Shown piece by piece: positions 40,072 to 52,101 of a DNA stretch of 64,000 bases. How positions within the stretch are numbered: the first letter of the stretch is position 1; every line of letters begins with the position of its first letter. The DNA is from Acidobacteriota bacterium. GTDB lineage: Bacteria; Acidobacteriota; UBA890; WLXD01. Location: contig CBDBHB010000007.1 of assembly GCA_965205505.1 (NCBI GenBank), positions 416,001 through 480,000 on the forward strand, in the 5' to 3' direction. The position numbers and the translations under genes are program-made. Below the pieces are notes generated by a model. That model did not search any database, had not been told where the DNA came from, and saw nothing but the letters and a program-made list of their open reading frames with translations.

Positions 40072-42949
40072 GACGGCTTCCAGCGAACCACTCGCCCCTG
40101 GCGCCCGCGTCGAGATCCGCGACGAAGAGTGGATGGTGAGAACCACGAAGCACGCGCTTCCGGGAGGTCGTGCTGTCCACGCTACAGGCATGTCGGAGCT
40201 GGTCCGCGGCAAGGACGCCATTTTCCTTTCGGACCTCGACGAAATCAAAGTCCTACGACCCGAGGAGACATCACTCGTCCACGACGATTCGCCCCGCTAC
40301 CGCAAGTCCCGCCTGTACCTGGAAGCCCTCCTCCGCCGCACACCGCCGACCGACACGGACGCCACGATCTACATCGGCCACCGCGCCGCGATCAACCGCA
40401 CCGACTATCAACTCCAGCCTGCCGCCAAAGCTCTTCGCCAGCCGCGCCCTCGGATCCTCATGGCCGATGGCGTCGGCCTAGGAAAAACGATCGAGGTCGG
40501 CATCCTGCTGTCGGAGCTGATTAAGCGCGGCAGAGGCGAACGGATCCTCGTCGTTGCACTCAAGTCCGTGCTCACGCAGCTGCAGGAGGAGTTCTGGGCG
40601 CGCTTCACGATCCCGCTAGTGCGACTCGACTCGGTCGGAATTCAGCGGGTGCAGTCGGTGATCCCTTCCAACATGAATCCCTTCTACTTCTACGACCGCG
40701 TGATCATTTCGGTCGACACGCTCAAGCGCGACCAGAAGTACCGCCGCTATCTCGAGGAATGTCACTGGGACGCAATCGTTATCGACGAGTGCCAGCACGT
40801 CGCCGTGCGGGCGAAAGTAGGCGGCCTGCAGGAGTCGCAGCGTGCACGCCTTGCCCGCCTGCTCTCGCGTACCAGCGACGCGCTCATCATGACCTCGGCA
40901 ACCCCGCACGATGGCCGCCCGCAGAGCTTCGCCAGCCTCATGCGGCTGCTCGAGCCTACGGCCGTCGCCGATGATGAGAACTACACGAGCGAAGAGGTCG
41001 AAGACCTTTTCTTGCGACGCTTCAAGAAGGACATTGCGCACGAGGTCCGCGATGCCTTCAAGGAACGCGAGACGGCACTCGAGAAGCTGGATGCCTCCGC
41101 CCGCGAGAACGACGCGCTCGAGTGCCTTTCAAAGATCGAGTTCAGGACCATCGCGCGGAAGCTCGGCAGCGTGAAGGGCGGCAGAGGCATCCTATTTCGG
41201 ACGCTGCTCTTGAAGGCCTTCCTGTCGTCCCCGGCGGCCTGCTCCTCGACCATCGAAAAGCGCCTCAATCACAAGGCCCTCGAGGTAGACCATCCCGACA
41301 CCGCCCACGATCGCCGGGTCCTCGGCGAGCTCAAGCAACTAGTCGACGCCATCACGCCCGAGGAATTCCAGAAATACGTTGCTCTCCGCAGGAAGCTCGC
41401 TGACCTCGGAGTCGGCAAACGCAACAACGACGAGCGGGTCGTTGTGTTTTCCGAGCGCATCGACACCATCAAGTACCTGGCCGAACGCCTGAAGAAAGAC
41501 CTCAAGCTCAGAGCCGACCAAGTCGAGGTGTTCCATGGCACCCTCGACGACGTTCGCCAGCAGGGGCTGGTCAAGAGCTTCGGCACCGAATCGAGCCCGA
41601 TCCGCCTGCTCATCTGTTCGGACGTTGCCTCCGAAGGCATCAATTTGCATTTCTACTGCCACCGCATGGTGCACTTCGACTTGCCGTGGTCGCTGATCAC
41701 GCTCGAACAGCGCAACGGACGCATCGACCGCTACGGTCAAACCAACAAGCCGCTCATCGACTACCTCCTCACCATTCCCGCTGACCCCAAGCTCAAGGGC
41801 GACCTCCGCGTACTCGAACGTCTCATCGAAAAGGAGGAGCACGCCCATAAGAACCTCGGCGATGTCGCGTGGCTGCTGGCCCTGCATGAAGCCGAAGCCG
41901 AGGAAGATCACATCGCGCGTGGAATCGAAACCGGCGAGCCCGCCGAAGAAGTCATCCCTGATGATCCCGAGCACACCGATTTCATGGCGATGCTGTTTGG
42001 CCAGGACGTGCCGAAGGAAGCAACCCCCGATGTGCGCGAGCAACCTCTGAGCCTCTTTCTCGATGACCTCACCTATGCCCGTGAGGCCTTTGGCGAGATC
42101 CTTGCCGACGACAGCGACGGCATCGAGTGGCACGACCACCTGGACGGATTCACGCTCAGCCCACCAGACGACCTCGCGCTTCGCTACAAGTACATGCCAC
42201 GCGAACTGCAGACGAAGTCGGGTGAGCTCAAGCTCACGACCAGCGCTGCCTACGTCATGCAGTCGTACGACGAGTCGCGCCAAGACGAGTCCCGCTGGCC
42301 TGAATGGCAGCTCTTCTGGGAACAGCATCCGGTAGCCGAGTGGCTCAATGACCGCGTACTCGGAAGCTTCGAGCGCCACGAAGCTCCCATTCTCCGGGTA
42401 GACAAGGGCCTGGAAGCAGGCCAGCGCGTCGTCGTGTTCCAAGGTGTTATTTCGAATCACCGAAGCCAGCCAGCCGTCATCGAGTGGTTCGGTGTGCGCT
42501 TCGATTCCGGTCATTCCGTGGACATCGCGTCGCTCACCGATCTCATCAACGAGACCGGCCTGCAGGGCGACATTGCGAACCCCGGTACGGGCGTTGCCGA
42601 CGAGCTCAGCGAGGAACTCGCCCATCTCCTTAAGCCCGCCGTTGGGCATGCCGAACGGCACATGGAGGAGCTGCGCGCACACCGCGCCGGGGAGCGTGCC
42701 GAACCGCTTCGTGAAGGCATGCGCAAGCTAAAGCGTTGGTACGACAAATCCCTCGAAGATCTCCAAAAGTGGGAGAGCGCAAGATTGGCTCGGGGCATGC
42801 GAAAAGACGAGCGGGAGCGCTTCGCACGCCGTAAGACGTACATCGAAAAGACCTATGAAGAGCGCCAGCTCTTTGTAGACGAGGCCATGAAGACGGTGAG
42901 AGAACCCTACCTTCGCGTCGCCGCCGTTCTCATCCCACTGGAGCGCTAG
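40064..42949 (+). CDS. SNF2-family helicase, DISARM DrmD-like
   Basis: PGARVEIRDEEW, MADGVGLGKTIE, DECQH, SATPHDG, SEGINL, EQRNGRIDRYGQ. Confidence 0.88.
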   Translation: MARTASSEPLAPGARVEIRDEEWMVRTTKHALPGGRAVHATGMSELVRGKDAIFLSDLDEIKVLRPEETSLVHDDSPRYRKSRLYLEALLRRTPPTDTDATIYIGHRAAINRTDYQLQPAAKALRQPRPRILMADGVGLGKTIEVGILLSELIKRGRGERILVVALKSVLTQLQEEFWARFTIPLVRLDSVGIQRVQSVIPSNMNPFYFYDRVIISVDTLKRDQKYRRYLEECHWDAIVIDECQHVAVRAKVGGLQESQRARLARLLSRTSDALIMTSATPHDGRPQSFASLMRLLEPTAVADDENYTSEEVEDLFLRRFKKDIAHEVRDAFKERETALEKLDASARENDALECLSKIEFRTIARKLGSVKGGRGILFRTLLLKAFLSSPAACSSTIEKRLNHKALEVDHPDTAHDRRVLGELKQLVDAITPEEFQKYVALRRKLADLGVGKRNNDERVVVFSERIDTIKYLAERLKKDLKLRADQVEVFHGTLDDVRQQGLVKSFGTESSPIRLLICSDVASEGINLHFYCHRMVHFDLPWSLITLEQRNGRIDRYGQTNKPLIDYLLTIPADPKLKGDLRVLERLIEKEEHAHKNLGDVAWLLALHEAEAEEDHIARGIETGEPAEEVIPDDPEHTDFMAMLFGQDVPKEATPDVREQPLSLFLDDLTYAREAFGEILADDSDGIEWHDHLDGFTLSPPDDLALRYKYMPRELQTKSGELKLTTSAAYVMQSYDESRQDESRWPEWQLFWEQHPVAEWLNDRVLGSFERHEAPILRVDKGLEAGQRVVVFQGVISNHRSQPAVIEWFGVRFDSGHSVDIASLTDLINETGLQGDIANPGTGVADELSEELAHLLKPAVGHAERHMEELRAHRAGERAEPLREGMRKLKRWYDKSLEDLQKWESARLARGMRKDERERFARRKTYIEKTYEERQLFVDEAMKTVREPYLRVAAVLIPLER

Positions 42950-42951
42950 CC

Positions 42952-45900
42952 ATGGCCCTCGACCTCGGCGGCATCCAAAACGTGGAGTTCTACTCCGGCC
43001 ACTACCTTGACGCGGTGCTCGAGGGCGACCTCAAGGCCCTTTTCAGGCGCTGGGCCGACGACAAGAAAGAACTCGGCACCCGACAGCCGCAGGAGCGGCT
43101 CAACGCACTCGCCGAGCGCTACTTCAACTCCCGTGCTCAGGTCGAGGGCGAGCGCGACACCGTCGAACGGTGGCGCCTCTGCCGCGACTTCCACGTCCAC
43201 TTCATCCAAGCTCTCGGCTACGAGCACAAACCCAGCGCGGAGCTGCTCGACGACGACACCGTATGCCCGACGCTGCTGGCGCTACGGCGCGACGGCAACC
43301 CGTTCCTTTGGATCATCGACGCCCCCTCCGCACTTGAAGACGATGACGACCCGCTCGTCGCCAGGCCTCTCTCAGCACAACTTCCGACCGATGCAGAGGG
43401 CCGCAAACTTCCCAAGCTTTCCTGGCGCGAGTTCTTAGGGGAAGTCCTGTTCCGCATGGACTCCTGCCCGCGCTGGGTGCTGTTCCTGGCCGGCACCGAA
43501 GCCCTTCTCATGGAACGCAACAAGTGGCCGCAGGGTCGCTACCTGCGCTTCGACTTCGGCGACCTCTTCAGCCGCCGCGAAGCCAAAGCTCTGCGAGCCA
43601 CCGCAGGCCTGCTGCACCGCGACGTGCTCGCCCCCGACGCCGGCGTCTGCCTCCATGACACGCTCGACGAGAATTCCCACAAGCACGCCTTCGCGGTTTC
43701 CGGGGACCTCAAGCACGGCGTGCGCCGCTCCGTCGAGTTACTCGCCAACGAGGCGGTCTACTACCGCCGAGAAGTGCAGAAGCTCGGTGTCTTCAATGAA
43801 GAGGAGCTGGCTCGGAAGCTTACGTCCGAGTGCCTCACCTGGCTCTACCGCATGCTCTTCCTCTTCTACGTCGAGGCGCGCAGCGCCGAGCTCGACGTCG
43901 TTCCCATGGGCTCCAACGCCTACCGTGAGGGCTACAGCCTCGAGAAGCTCCGCGACCTCGAGCAGGTCCCGCTCACAACCCCCAAAGCGCAGAACGGCTA
44001 CTACATCCACGAGAGCCTGCGCACGCTGTTCCGCATCGTTAACCAGGGCTTTCCCGAAATCAGGGAGGACGGGCATCTCTACGAGGGCACGTCCCATAAC
44101 TCCATGGAGATCGACGCCCTGAACAGCCCGCTGTTCGACGATGACCGCCTCGAGATTCTCAAGGGCGTCAAGTTCCGCAACCACGTTCTCCAGGAAGCTC
44201 TTCAACTCCTCTCCCTCTCAGCCCAGAAGAGGAGGAAAGCCCGTGGCCGCATCTCCTACGCGCAGCTCGGCATCAACCAACTTGGCGCCGTCTACGAGGG
44301 CCTCCTCTCCTACACCGGTTTCTTCGCCACCGAACACCTCTACGAGGTGGCTGCCGAGAAAGACTGCAAGCGGCTCTCAGGCAAGCCCGCTGCCGAACGC
44401 GAGGCGCTCAAGACCTACTTCGTGCCGGCAAGACGCATCGGCGGCTACAACGAAGGCGAGATCGTCAAGGACGAGAACGACAAGAAGGTCGTGCACCTGA
44501 GAGGCGACTTCATCTTCCGCCTCGCCGGCCGCAATCGCGAGAAGTCGGCCAGCTACTACACGCCGGAAGTCCTGACCCGGTGCCTCGTCAAGTACGCTCT
44601 CAAGGAGTTGCTCTGGGAGGAAGGCGAAGAAGGTGCAAAGCCCACTCCCAAGAAAACCGCCGACGAGATCCTCGCCCTCACCATCTGCGAGCCTGCCATG
44701 GGCTCGAGTGCCTTCCTCATCGAGGCTGTGGACCAGCTGGCCGACGCCTATCTCGATGCCCGCCAGGAGGAGCTGGGCGAGACCATCCCGCCCGAGAACT
44801 ACCAGCGCGAGAAGCGCCGGGCGAAGGCTCGCCTCGCCACCAACAACTGCTACGGCGTGGACCTGAACCCCACCGCCGTCGAGCTCGCCAAGGTCTCCCT
44901 CTGGCTCGCCACCCTCCGCGAGGAGGGCAAGTGCCCCTGGTTCGGCCTGCGCCTCGCCACCGGCAACAGCCTGGTGGGCGCCCGCCGCGAGGTCTTCAGG
45001 ACGGATGATGTCACGCGTCCCAACAAGAGAGACAACCCCAATTGGCTCGGCCTCGTTCCCGAACCCGTACCGCTCCATCATGGTTCGAGCAGGGGAGCTC
45101 GCCCCGAAGCAGGTGGCAGGCCCGCCTCGACCGAAGGGGAAGATTGGGAGCACTGGACCGCGCCCCCGCGCCCGAAGGGCACCATCTACCATTTTCTGCT
45201 CCCGGCCGAGGGCATGGCTGCCTTCGACAGGGACGATGTCATCAAGCGGCTCGCGCCCGAGTCTGTGAAGCACATCAAGGAGTGGCGCAAGGAGTTTTGC
45301 AAGCCCTTCAACAAGAAGGACGCGGAACGCCTCGAGCAGATCTCCGATGCGGTGGATCGCCTCTTCGCCCAGGTGGTGCGCGAACGGATGCTGGCCACTC
45401 GGGAGACGAGCGACCGCATCCCCGTCTGGGGCGAGCCCCCGAGCGCCGAGCAGGCCCGCCTCCTTGTGCGCGATCAGGAAGAAGTGGCAGCGTCCCTGGA
45501 GCATCGCAGTTCAGCCTACCGCCGCCTCAAGGTCGCGATGGACGCCTGGTGTGCGCTCTGGTTCTGGCCCATCGAAGAAGCGAGCGTCCTGCCCGACCGC
45601 GCCACCTGGCTTGCCCAGCTGGAGGTGATTCTGAAGGGACAGATCACGCACGAACCAGTCTACGAGCAGGGCAATCTCTTCGCTGCTCTGGCACCCGCGG
45701 CGCAGGGCGAGGCCGCGGCGAGCCGGAATGTGGAAAGGGAAATCGCGTCGTTAGGTGGGGACGGGGCCGAACGACTGAGACGGCTGCGGGCGTTGTCGGA
45801 CGTCTTCCGCGACCGTCGGGCGAATTACCTCGAAGAGTGCGGGCTAGCGGACATGGACGCAGTGCTCGAAGGGGACACCAGCCTATGCACCACGCAGGTC

Positions 45901-46092
45901 ATTGCGGACCGACTCCGCTTCCACCATTGGCAATTGCGCTTCGCAGAGGCATTCGCGGAAGGGGGGGCTTTGACCTGACTCTTGGGAATCCGCCATGGGT
46001 CAAGATCGAGTTTGACGAGATTGGACTCGTATCGGATACCGATCCTCGCCTTGGCGTCCGCAAGGCCAGTGCGTCAGAGATTTCCGGGCGGA
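42952..46092 (+). pseudogene. Large Eco57I/DrmMI-like adenine methyltransferase; frameshift at G7 and truncated by IS
   Basis: QLGAVYEGLL, SYYTP, EPAMGSSAFL, YGVDLNP..ELAKVSLW, FHHW; GFD..GNPPW lies in a shifted frame after 45967. Confidence 0.88.
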
Positions 46093-47352
46093 TGACCTGA
46101 CCCCACGGTTAGTACCACGTCTTATCTCAGTAACTCGGTGCTGACAAGGGGTTGTTGAGGCCGGCGAAGCGGAGCGTAGCCGGCTTCAACAACAGCGCCT
46201 CCGGGGCCGGTGGTCGGTAGCCCAACGAGCTGTGCGGTCGCATGCGGTTGTACTGCTGCCTCCATCTCTCGATCAGAACCTTTGCCTCCTTGAGCGTGTA
46301 GAAGATCTCGCCGTTGAGCAGCTCGTCTCGGAGCTTGCCGTTGAAGCTCTCCACGTAGCCGTTCTCCCACGGCGAGCCCGGCTCGATGAACAGCGTGCCC
46401 ACACCGAGCCTACCGAGCCAGTCGCGAACCGCCTCGGCGGTGAACTCCGGTCCGTTATCGGACCGGATGTGCTCAGGTATGCCCCGGTGCACGAACAACC
46501 ACCCGAGCCGCTCGAGCACGTCCTCACAGTTGAGCTTCCGTGCCACGTCGATCGCCAGGCTTTCTCGTGTGTACTCATCGACGATCGTCAGCAGCCTCAT
46601 AGCCCGACCCTCGTGCGTCCGGTGATGAACGAAGTCATACGCCCAGACGTGATCTTTGCGCTGTGGTCGCAGCCGGATGCACGAGCCATCGCTGAGCCAC
46701 AGCCGGGCTCGTTTGGGCTGCTTTGTCGGTACTTTCAGCCCCTCACGCCTCCAGATACGCTGCACTCGTTTGTGGTTCACCCACCAGCCCTCCATACGCA
46801 ACAACGCCGTCACTCGCCGATACCCGTAGCGCCCGTATTGTCGGGCTAGATCCACGATCCGCTCCGTCAACATCTGCTCATCGCCCGGTTCTCTTGGCAT
46901 GTACCTGTGTGTCGTGCGTGGTTGTTTCAGTACCCGGCACGCCCGCCTCTCGGAGACGCCCAGCCGCCCCTGTACATGCGCCACCGCCTCGCGCCGTCGA
47001 GCTGGGCTCAGAAGTTTCCCTCCGCGACTTCCTTCAGGATCGACAGGTCGAGCTCTTTCTCCGCCACCAGTTTCTTGAGCCGGGCGTTTTCTTTCTCCAG
47101 CTGCTTGAGCCTTCTGGCCTGGTTGACCTTCAGCCCCCCGTACTCCCGCCGCCACCGATAGTAGGTGTGCTCGGTGATCGCTAGCTTGCGGCAGGCATCC
47201 TTGACCGTCCCGCCTTGCGCCTGCTCCACTTCAGCCTCCCGGAGCTTGCGTACGATCTGCTCGGCGCTGTGCCTCTTCGTCGGCATTCTGACCTCCCCTT
47301 TTCGACCCAGATCGTGAGATTACCTCTGGATCCGTTTTGGGGGGTCAGGTCA
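46093..47352 (-). mobile_element. IS3-family (IS407-like) element, apparently intact
   Basis: TGACCTGACCCC / GGGGTCAGGTCA IRs; orfA 47008-47286; GGGAAAC slip site; orfB to 46127. Confidence 0.93.
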
Positions 47353-48340
47353 GGCCCAACCCTCGACAAAGCGCCGCGTCGTCAGAGTAGGGGGCCGACC
47401 GCCTCCCGAAACAAGATCCCAGAATGCGCTGAGATCCCAGGCGGCGAGCCGCTCGGCACGTTTCGCTTCTTCAACCGCCCATTGCTCCAACGAGCTCGTA
47501 TAGGTGTCGATCCAGTCCTCATGCCCGCGCGCTTCGGCCAGCATCAGGTTGTACAGCAGGCTGGCTCCGTGCATGACCTCCGAGAAGATCCGCGCGTGTG
47601 TCAGCTGCCGACGGAGGCGCGTTGGGAACTCCGCCGCTGCCACGTGCTCCCAGGCAAAGCCCACGCGATCCCAGGGCTCTTGCACCTGGTCCACGAGGTG
47701 GGCCAAGAGCGTGCAGGAGTGCTGCGCTCAGGATGCGCTCCCGCAGATACTCGGCCTCACTGAATCGGAGCCTAAGCTCGGCGCCCTCCGGAAAACCGGC
47801 TGGCGGGTCAGGGATGTGTGGATGCCAGTTGGTGGGCTCCGGGCTTGAAGCTTCGTTTTCACGATCCCGCGCTTGACGACCCTTGAGTCGAACATAGAAC
47901 TCGTCGAGGCTGCGGTGGTATTGAGCCTGGGATCCCTGAAACTGCAGAATCCCCCAACGCCGAAGCCCCGCCCAGTAGACGCTGCTAGGCATCCGCTTCA
48001 CGGCTGCTCCTGCCTCGCCGCCGATGACACCTTTGACGTCGTCGCTCTCAGAGAGGTGCTTGATCAGACGTCCTTCGGCGCGGCGGAAGCGAATCCCGAT
48101 GCGTGAGCTCCGCACCGCTCGCCGCTCGAAGTCACGACACATCCAGGGGATGAAAAGGAAGTACCGGGCGCGGGTCTGGATCGTCGTCGTGCCAGGGAAC
48201 AGCAACTCGGCCAACGGGTCCCGAACCCCTGCCAGGCCGAGCTCGTCGCGCGTGTCACGTACCTGGAACAGCGAGATGACGTCGAGCGCGCGGCGTCGCT
48301 CCTGTTCCGAATAATCCAGCCACGCGAAGCTAGAAGTCAT
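47353..48340 (-). pseudogene. DUF6361-family protein, frameshifted and truncated by IS
   Basis: MTSSFAWLDYS..RDELG..LFPGTTTIQTRARYFLFIPW; FSEVMHGASLLYNLMLAE in a second frame. Confidence 0.75.
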
Positions 48341-48437
48341 CGCCTCAGATCCGTCTAGGCTCCGGGAAAGGCTGCCGTCCATTGACCCTGTCTTTCGGAG
48401 CGGCGCTGATGCCGGTTCGGTGGCTCGAACTCCATCT

Positions 48438-48520
48438 GAAGCGCAGGTGGTACCAGCCGCCCTTGTTGAGCACGTGGGCTGTCGGGTTGTCCTCGTGGAG
48501 CCGCTGCATAATCATCACGT
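48438..48520 (-). pseudogene. Terminase large subunit micro-fragment
   Basis: VMIMQRLHEDNPTAHVLNKGGWYHL resembles the IMQRLHEDD..G.W.HL terminase motif. Confidence 0.55.
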
Positions 48521-48910
48521 GCGCTGCGCCCCTCGAAGCTCCGCGCGTCGAGAGCGTCTGACTGGCGCGGCCCTGACTTTCGATGCCCCCGGTTGAACAG
48601 GCATACGCAGGTGTGCGGAGACGCCGGCCAGCGGCCGACCAGAGGCAGGGTAAGCGCAAAACGGCCCGCAAGGCACCTCAGCAGCGTATACACAGGCAAA
48701 AACCTCGTGCGGTGATGCGGGATCCTCCCCCATTATGGCTGCGTCTGTCGAGGTCGTGGAGAATCTCCACCCGGACAAGACAAGAATTCGGCGCGCTGCC
48801 CGCGCTCAAGAACTTACGATCTCCTCCAAGAGCGCCCTGGTCGATGAACCGCAGTCCAACCGCCGGCACGCCGCGGGTCCGAAACCACCGCCGTGGGCCG
48901 TGCGTTCGCT

Positions 48911-49279
48911 CTAGAACGCGATCGCACCTGCCCTCAGCAGATTGGTCAGGTGGGCAACCGCGTTCGACTTCCGTCTCTTGAAATAGAAGACTCGTCCTTG
49001 CTCGTTGTCGCTCACGTGATAGCAATTCCAGCGCTCCAGCCCCATGTCATTGAGCCGTCTATCCAAGTCCTCCAGATCAGCGTTTGCTACCTTGAGTGAC
49101 GTGTACTCGATGGCCCAGAGGTCCTGGAGCTCCTCTGCCGACAGGTCACGCAATTCGCTTGCCCTCGTCCGCGCTTCATCAAGTATCTCCTGAGCATCCT
49201 CTTGCAACTCAGCCAACGGAGCCTGCTGACACCCGACAGAAAGCACCATCATTGACACGACAATTCGTATGGTTCGCAT
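48911..49279 (-). CDS. Predicted lipoprotein (DUF4177-like C-terminus)
   Basis: Lipobox SVGC; EY..L..RLNDMGLERWNC..FYFKR. Confidence 0.65.
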   Translation of the reverse strand: MRTIRIVVSMMVLSVGCQQAPLAELQEDAQEILDEARTRASELRDLSAEELQDLWAIEYTSLKVANADLEDLDRRLNDMGLERWNCYHVSDNEQGRVFYFKRRKSNAVAHLTNLLRAGAIAF

Positions 49280-49309
49280 ATCGTTCTCACCCTATCTAGC
49301 CAGCGACAG

Positions 49310-49418
49310 TGACCTGACCCCGCGGTTAGTACCACGTCGTATCTCAGTAACTCGGTGCTGACAAGAGGACGTTGAGGCCGGCGAAGCGGAACGCAGCCGG
49401 GTTCAACAACAGCGCCTT
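49310..49418 (-). mobile_element. Isolated right end of the IS407-like element
   Basis: Matches 6380-6488 and 46093-46200. Confidence 0.85.
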
Positions 49419-49769
49419 GATCGGCCCTCAGGCTCGCCCACAGCGCGCCGCGTTCACTACCTGGAGCGGGTATGCGTCGTGTGCCACGTGGTACGCCACC
49501 GGGTTGAGCACGATGCTCGTCTTGCCCCATTGGCTCGATTCCCATCACGACGACGTGTCGATGCCGGGCTCGCGGAAGGCGTCGAGGACTCCGCGTTGAA
49601 ATGGCGCGTGTCGGAAACGGTCCGCTGGCGCGGCAGTTCGAGTGCGCGGGCCCAGAGGTCGCGGTGACCTCGAGCTCGGCGCGCACCGCCTTCGGGCCGC
49701 CCCATGCGCGCGGCTCGTGCCACCCGGCTTGAGATCGTGGCCGGCCAGGCGAGCATGATCGTCTTGCAG

Positions 49770-49890
49770 CTGATGGTGCGGTTCATCGAGGAGCATCGTG
49801 ACGGCTACTCGGTTGAGCCGATCTGCGCGCAGGTGCCGATCCACCTCGTCCAGGTACTATGAGCACAAGAGTCGTCAGGCAGATCCCACG
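49770..49890 (+). pseudogene. IS3-family (IS51-like) orfB N-terminal scrap
   Basis: RFIEEHRDGYSVEPICAQVPI. Confidence 0.6.
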
Positions 49891-50154
49891 AGCGCATCGG
49901 GGCTGCGCGAGATCCTGGGGCGCAAGGGTGCCGCATCAACGCCAGTTTGGGAAGCTTGCCGTCGATGTGTGTCAGACGGATCACGCGATGCGCTCCAGCG
50001 CCAGCAGCTCTTCGAGGCGCTCCTCGACCTCAGCGCGGGTTAGGTCCTCCCCGAGGTACGACCACGCGTACCAGCCAGCGACGTACGGTTTGAACCACCT
50101 TGAGTGCTCGAACAGGTCCGGCTGCTCGAGCACGACCTTGTGCTGCACCTGGAG

Positions 50155-50310
50155 TTAGCAGCGCTGGCAGAGTGCCACGAGGTTCCACCGCACGGTCAAG
50201 CAGTAGCCGGCGTCCGGGTCGTGGCGGTGGTCACAGCGGATGCAGTGCCAGAACGACGCCTGCTTCACGCGGCGCGCGATCGCCGGCCAGTCGCGCGGGT
50301 AGTCGTTCAC
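50155..50310 (-). pseudogene. Degenerate phage HNH-like fragment
   Basis: YPRDWPAIARRVK..WHCIRC..LTV..NLVALCQRC. Confidence 0.55.
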
Positions 50311-51029
50311 GCGGTGCTCTGCCGAAGCCGTTAATACCAACCAGATACCAACCGCCCCTGCCGGATACGTCGTTTCAGGCCGATTTCAGTGGGCCTATGC
50401 CCCGCCGGTACGGCGCGCGGTGTACGGGTTACAGTCGGACTCTTCGCGACGAAACGCGTTCGGTCCACGGCCAGTGGGATCCCCAAGGTGGGGCACAAGC
50501 ACCCAAAGATGGGGAGTTCGTCCGCCGGAATCCCCACGCGCTGCAACGCCCGAGCGCCCAAAGATGGGCCCGGGCTGGGCTCCCCGAGCCGGGTCACACT
50601 CGGGGTGCTAGTGCCGATGGCGCTGGACTAGCGCGTCCTCGAGCGCCTAGGCGGAGAAGATACGCACGGCGAACTCGATCCTGGACCGTGGCGAGGCACG
50701 ACTCCAACCTGCGGCGCTTCGTGTTCCAGGACATCGGGGTGCCGATCCACGCCGCGCGGGTGATAGATAGCGAGCCAGCTGAGCGCACGCACCGTAGGCT
50801 TGATGGCTATTGGTGAGGCGAGCCAGGAGCGCCGACCGAAAACAAGTTCCCGCTCGGACTGGGACAAGCTCCCTAAACCCAGGTTCGGGAAAAGTTGAGA
50901 GGTTGACTCGGAAGGGTTCGCGCAGGAGTCCGAATGCGACGTTGAAGGCCACTCGAATGCCACTTGCGCGTGGCCGATTTGTCGGTTCTACCCGCAACGG
51001 TCGCGACGCGCCGCCGCCGATCATGGTCC

Positions 51030-51575
51030 CTACCGATTGCCGGTGCGCTGCAGCAGCAAGGCCGCGAAGCCCGGGAAGAACGCCACACACCAGCTCACGA
51101 GGTTACGCCAGTACAACGGCCCCGGGTCATGGGCGCCCAACCAGATGTCGGAGATCATCCAGAATGCCAAACTCGCGACCACCGCGGCGATGGCCCCGCG
51201 CGTGACCGTGCGTGATGCGCTCTCGCTATCGCGCGCGACGCCGTTGCCCACGAACGCGAAGGCGATCCACAGTCCCATCCAGGCGATCACCATGGCGGTA
51301 ACGAAACCGACAAGCGGGGACAGGAGATAAAATGCCGCCGCCGCGAGCACGCCGATCAATAGGCCCGCGAGGGCCGCGAAACCGGTCCGTCGACAGCCGG
51401 TTGCGCACGCGGTCACGGCGCCCATTACGGCGAGCAGCAGAGCTCCGTGCGTTAAGCCGTACAACATGCGGTGCTCGGAGATGGCTGCGGCCCAGAAGGC
51501 ATCTGCCGCGGTGCTGGTGACCGCCATCACAAGGGTGGCGATCAAGCTTTCACGAAGTCCTGAAACCGCTCGCAT
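51030..51575 (-). CDS. Multi-pass membrane protein
   Basis: GAGGAGGGGAG RBS; about 6 hydrophobic segments. Confidence 0.7.
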   Translation of the reverse strand: MRAVSGLRESLIATLVMAVTSTAADAFWAAAISEHRMLYGLTHGALLLAVMGAVTACATGCRRTGFAALAGLLIGVLAAAAFYLLSPLVGFVTAMVIAWMGLWIAFAFVGNGVARDSESASRTVTRGAIAAVVASLAFWMISDIWLGAHDPGPLYWRNLVSWCVAFFPGFAALLLQRTGNR

Positions 51576-52101
51576 GGGCTCCCCTCCTCAGCGGATTAGG
51601 TACAGATCGGTCCGACGCCGTAGCGACCAACGTCGTTGTCCCCACGGCGTCACCTCGGTTGCCCGCCTCTAGCATCATTCGTACGCGCTGCCTGTCCCAC
51701 TCCGGGACCGGCGTCGTTCGAGAACCTGCAGCTCGGGAGAAAATATACTGGCCAGCTCGAGGTCATTTTCTCAATAGTAATCCCTGGGGTACGGGTACTG
51801 GATTGTGGCGGGTCCCCGGCCGGCCCCTAGGGGGGCTCGGAGGGCGGGTGGTGGTCCCTTGAGGGCATCGCCAGCGGGACGGCAGGCGGGATGGGGGAAG
51901 CCACCAGCCGGGAAGCTCTAACCCATGGCACTAGCGGGATTCCGCGCATACACTGGCGGATGGACTGTCCGCTGGCACTCACGCTCCTTGAGCGCTGGCA
52001 GCGTGTCAGCTTCCTGCTTTTGTCCGGGTGGAGGTCGTCCACGACCTAGACGGACGCAGCCACAATGGTAGGAGGCCGCATCATCGTCGGGGGTCTCGCC
52101 T

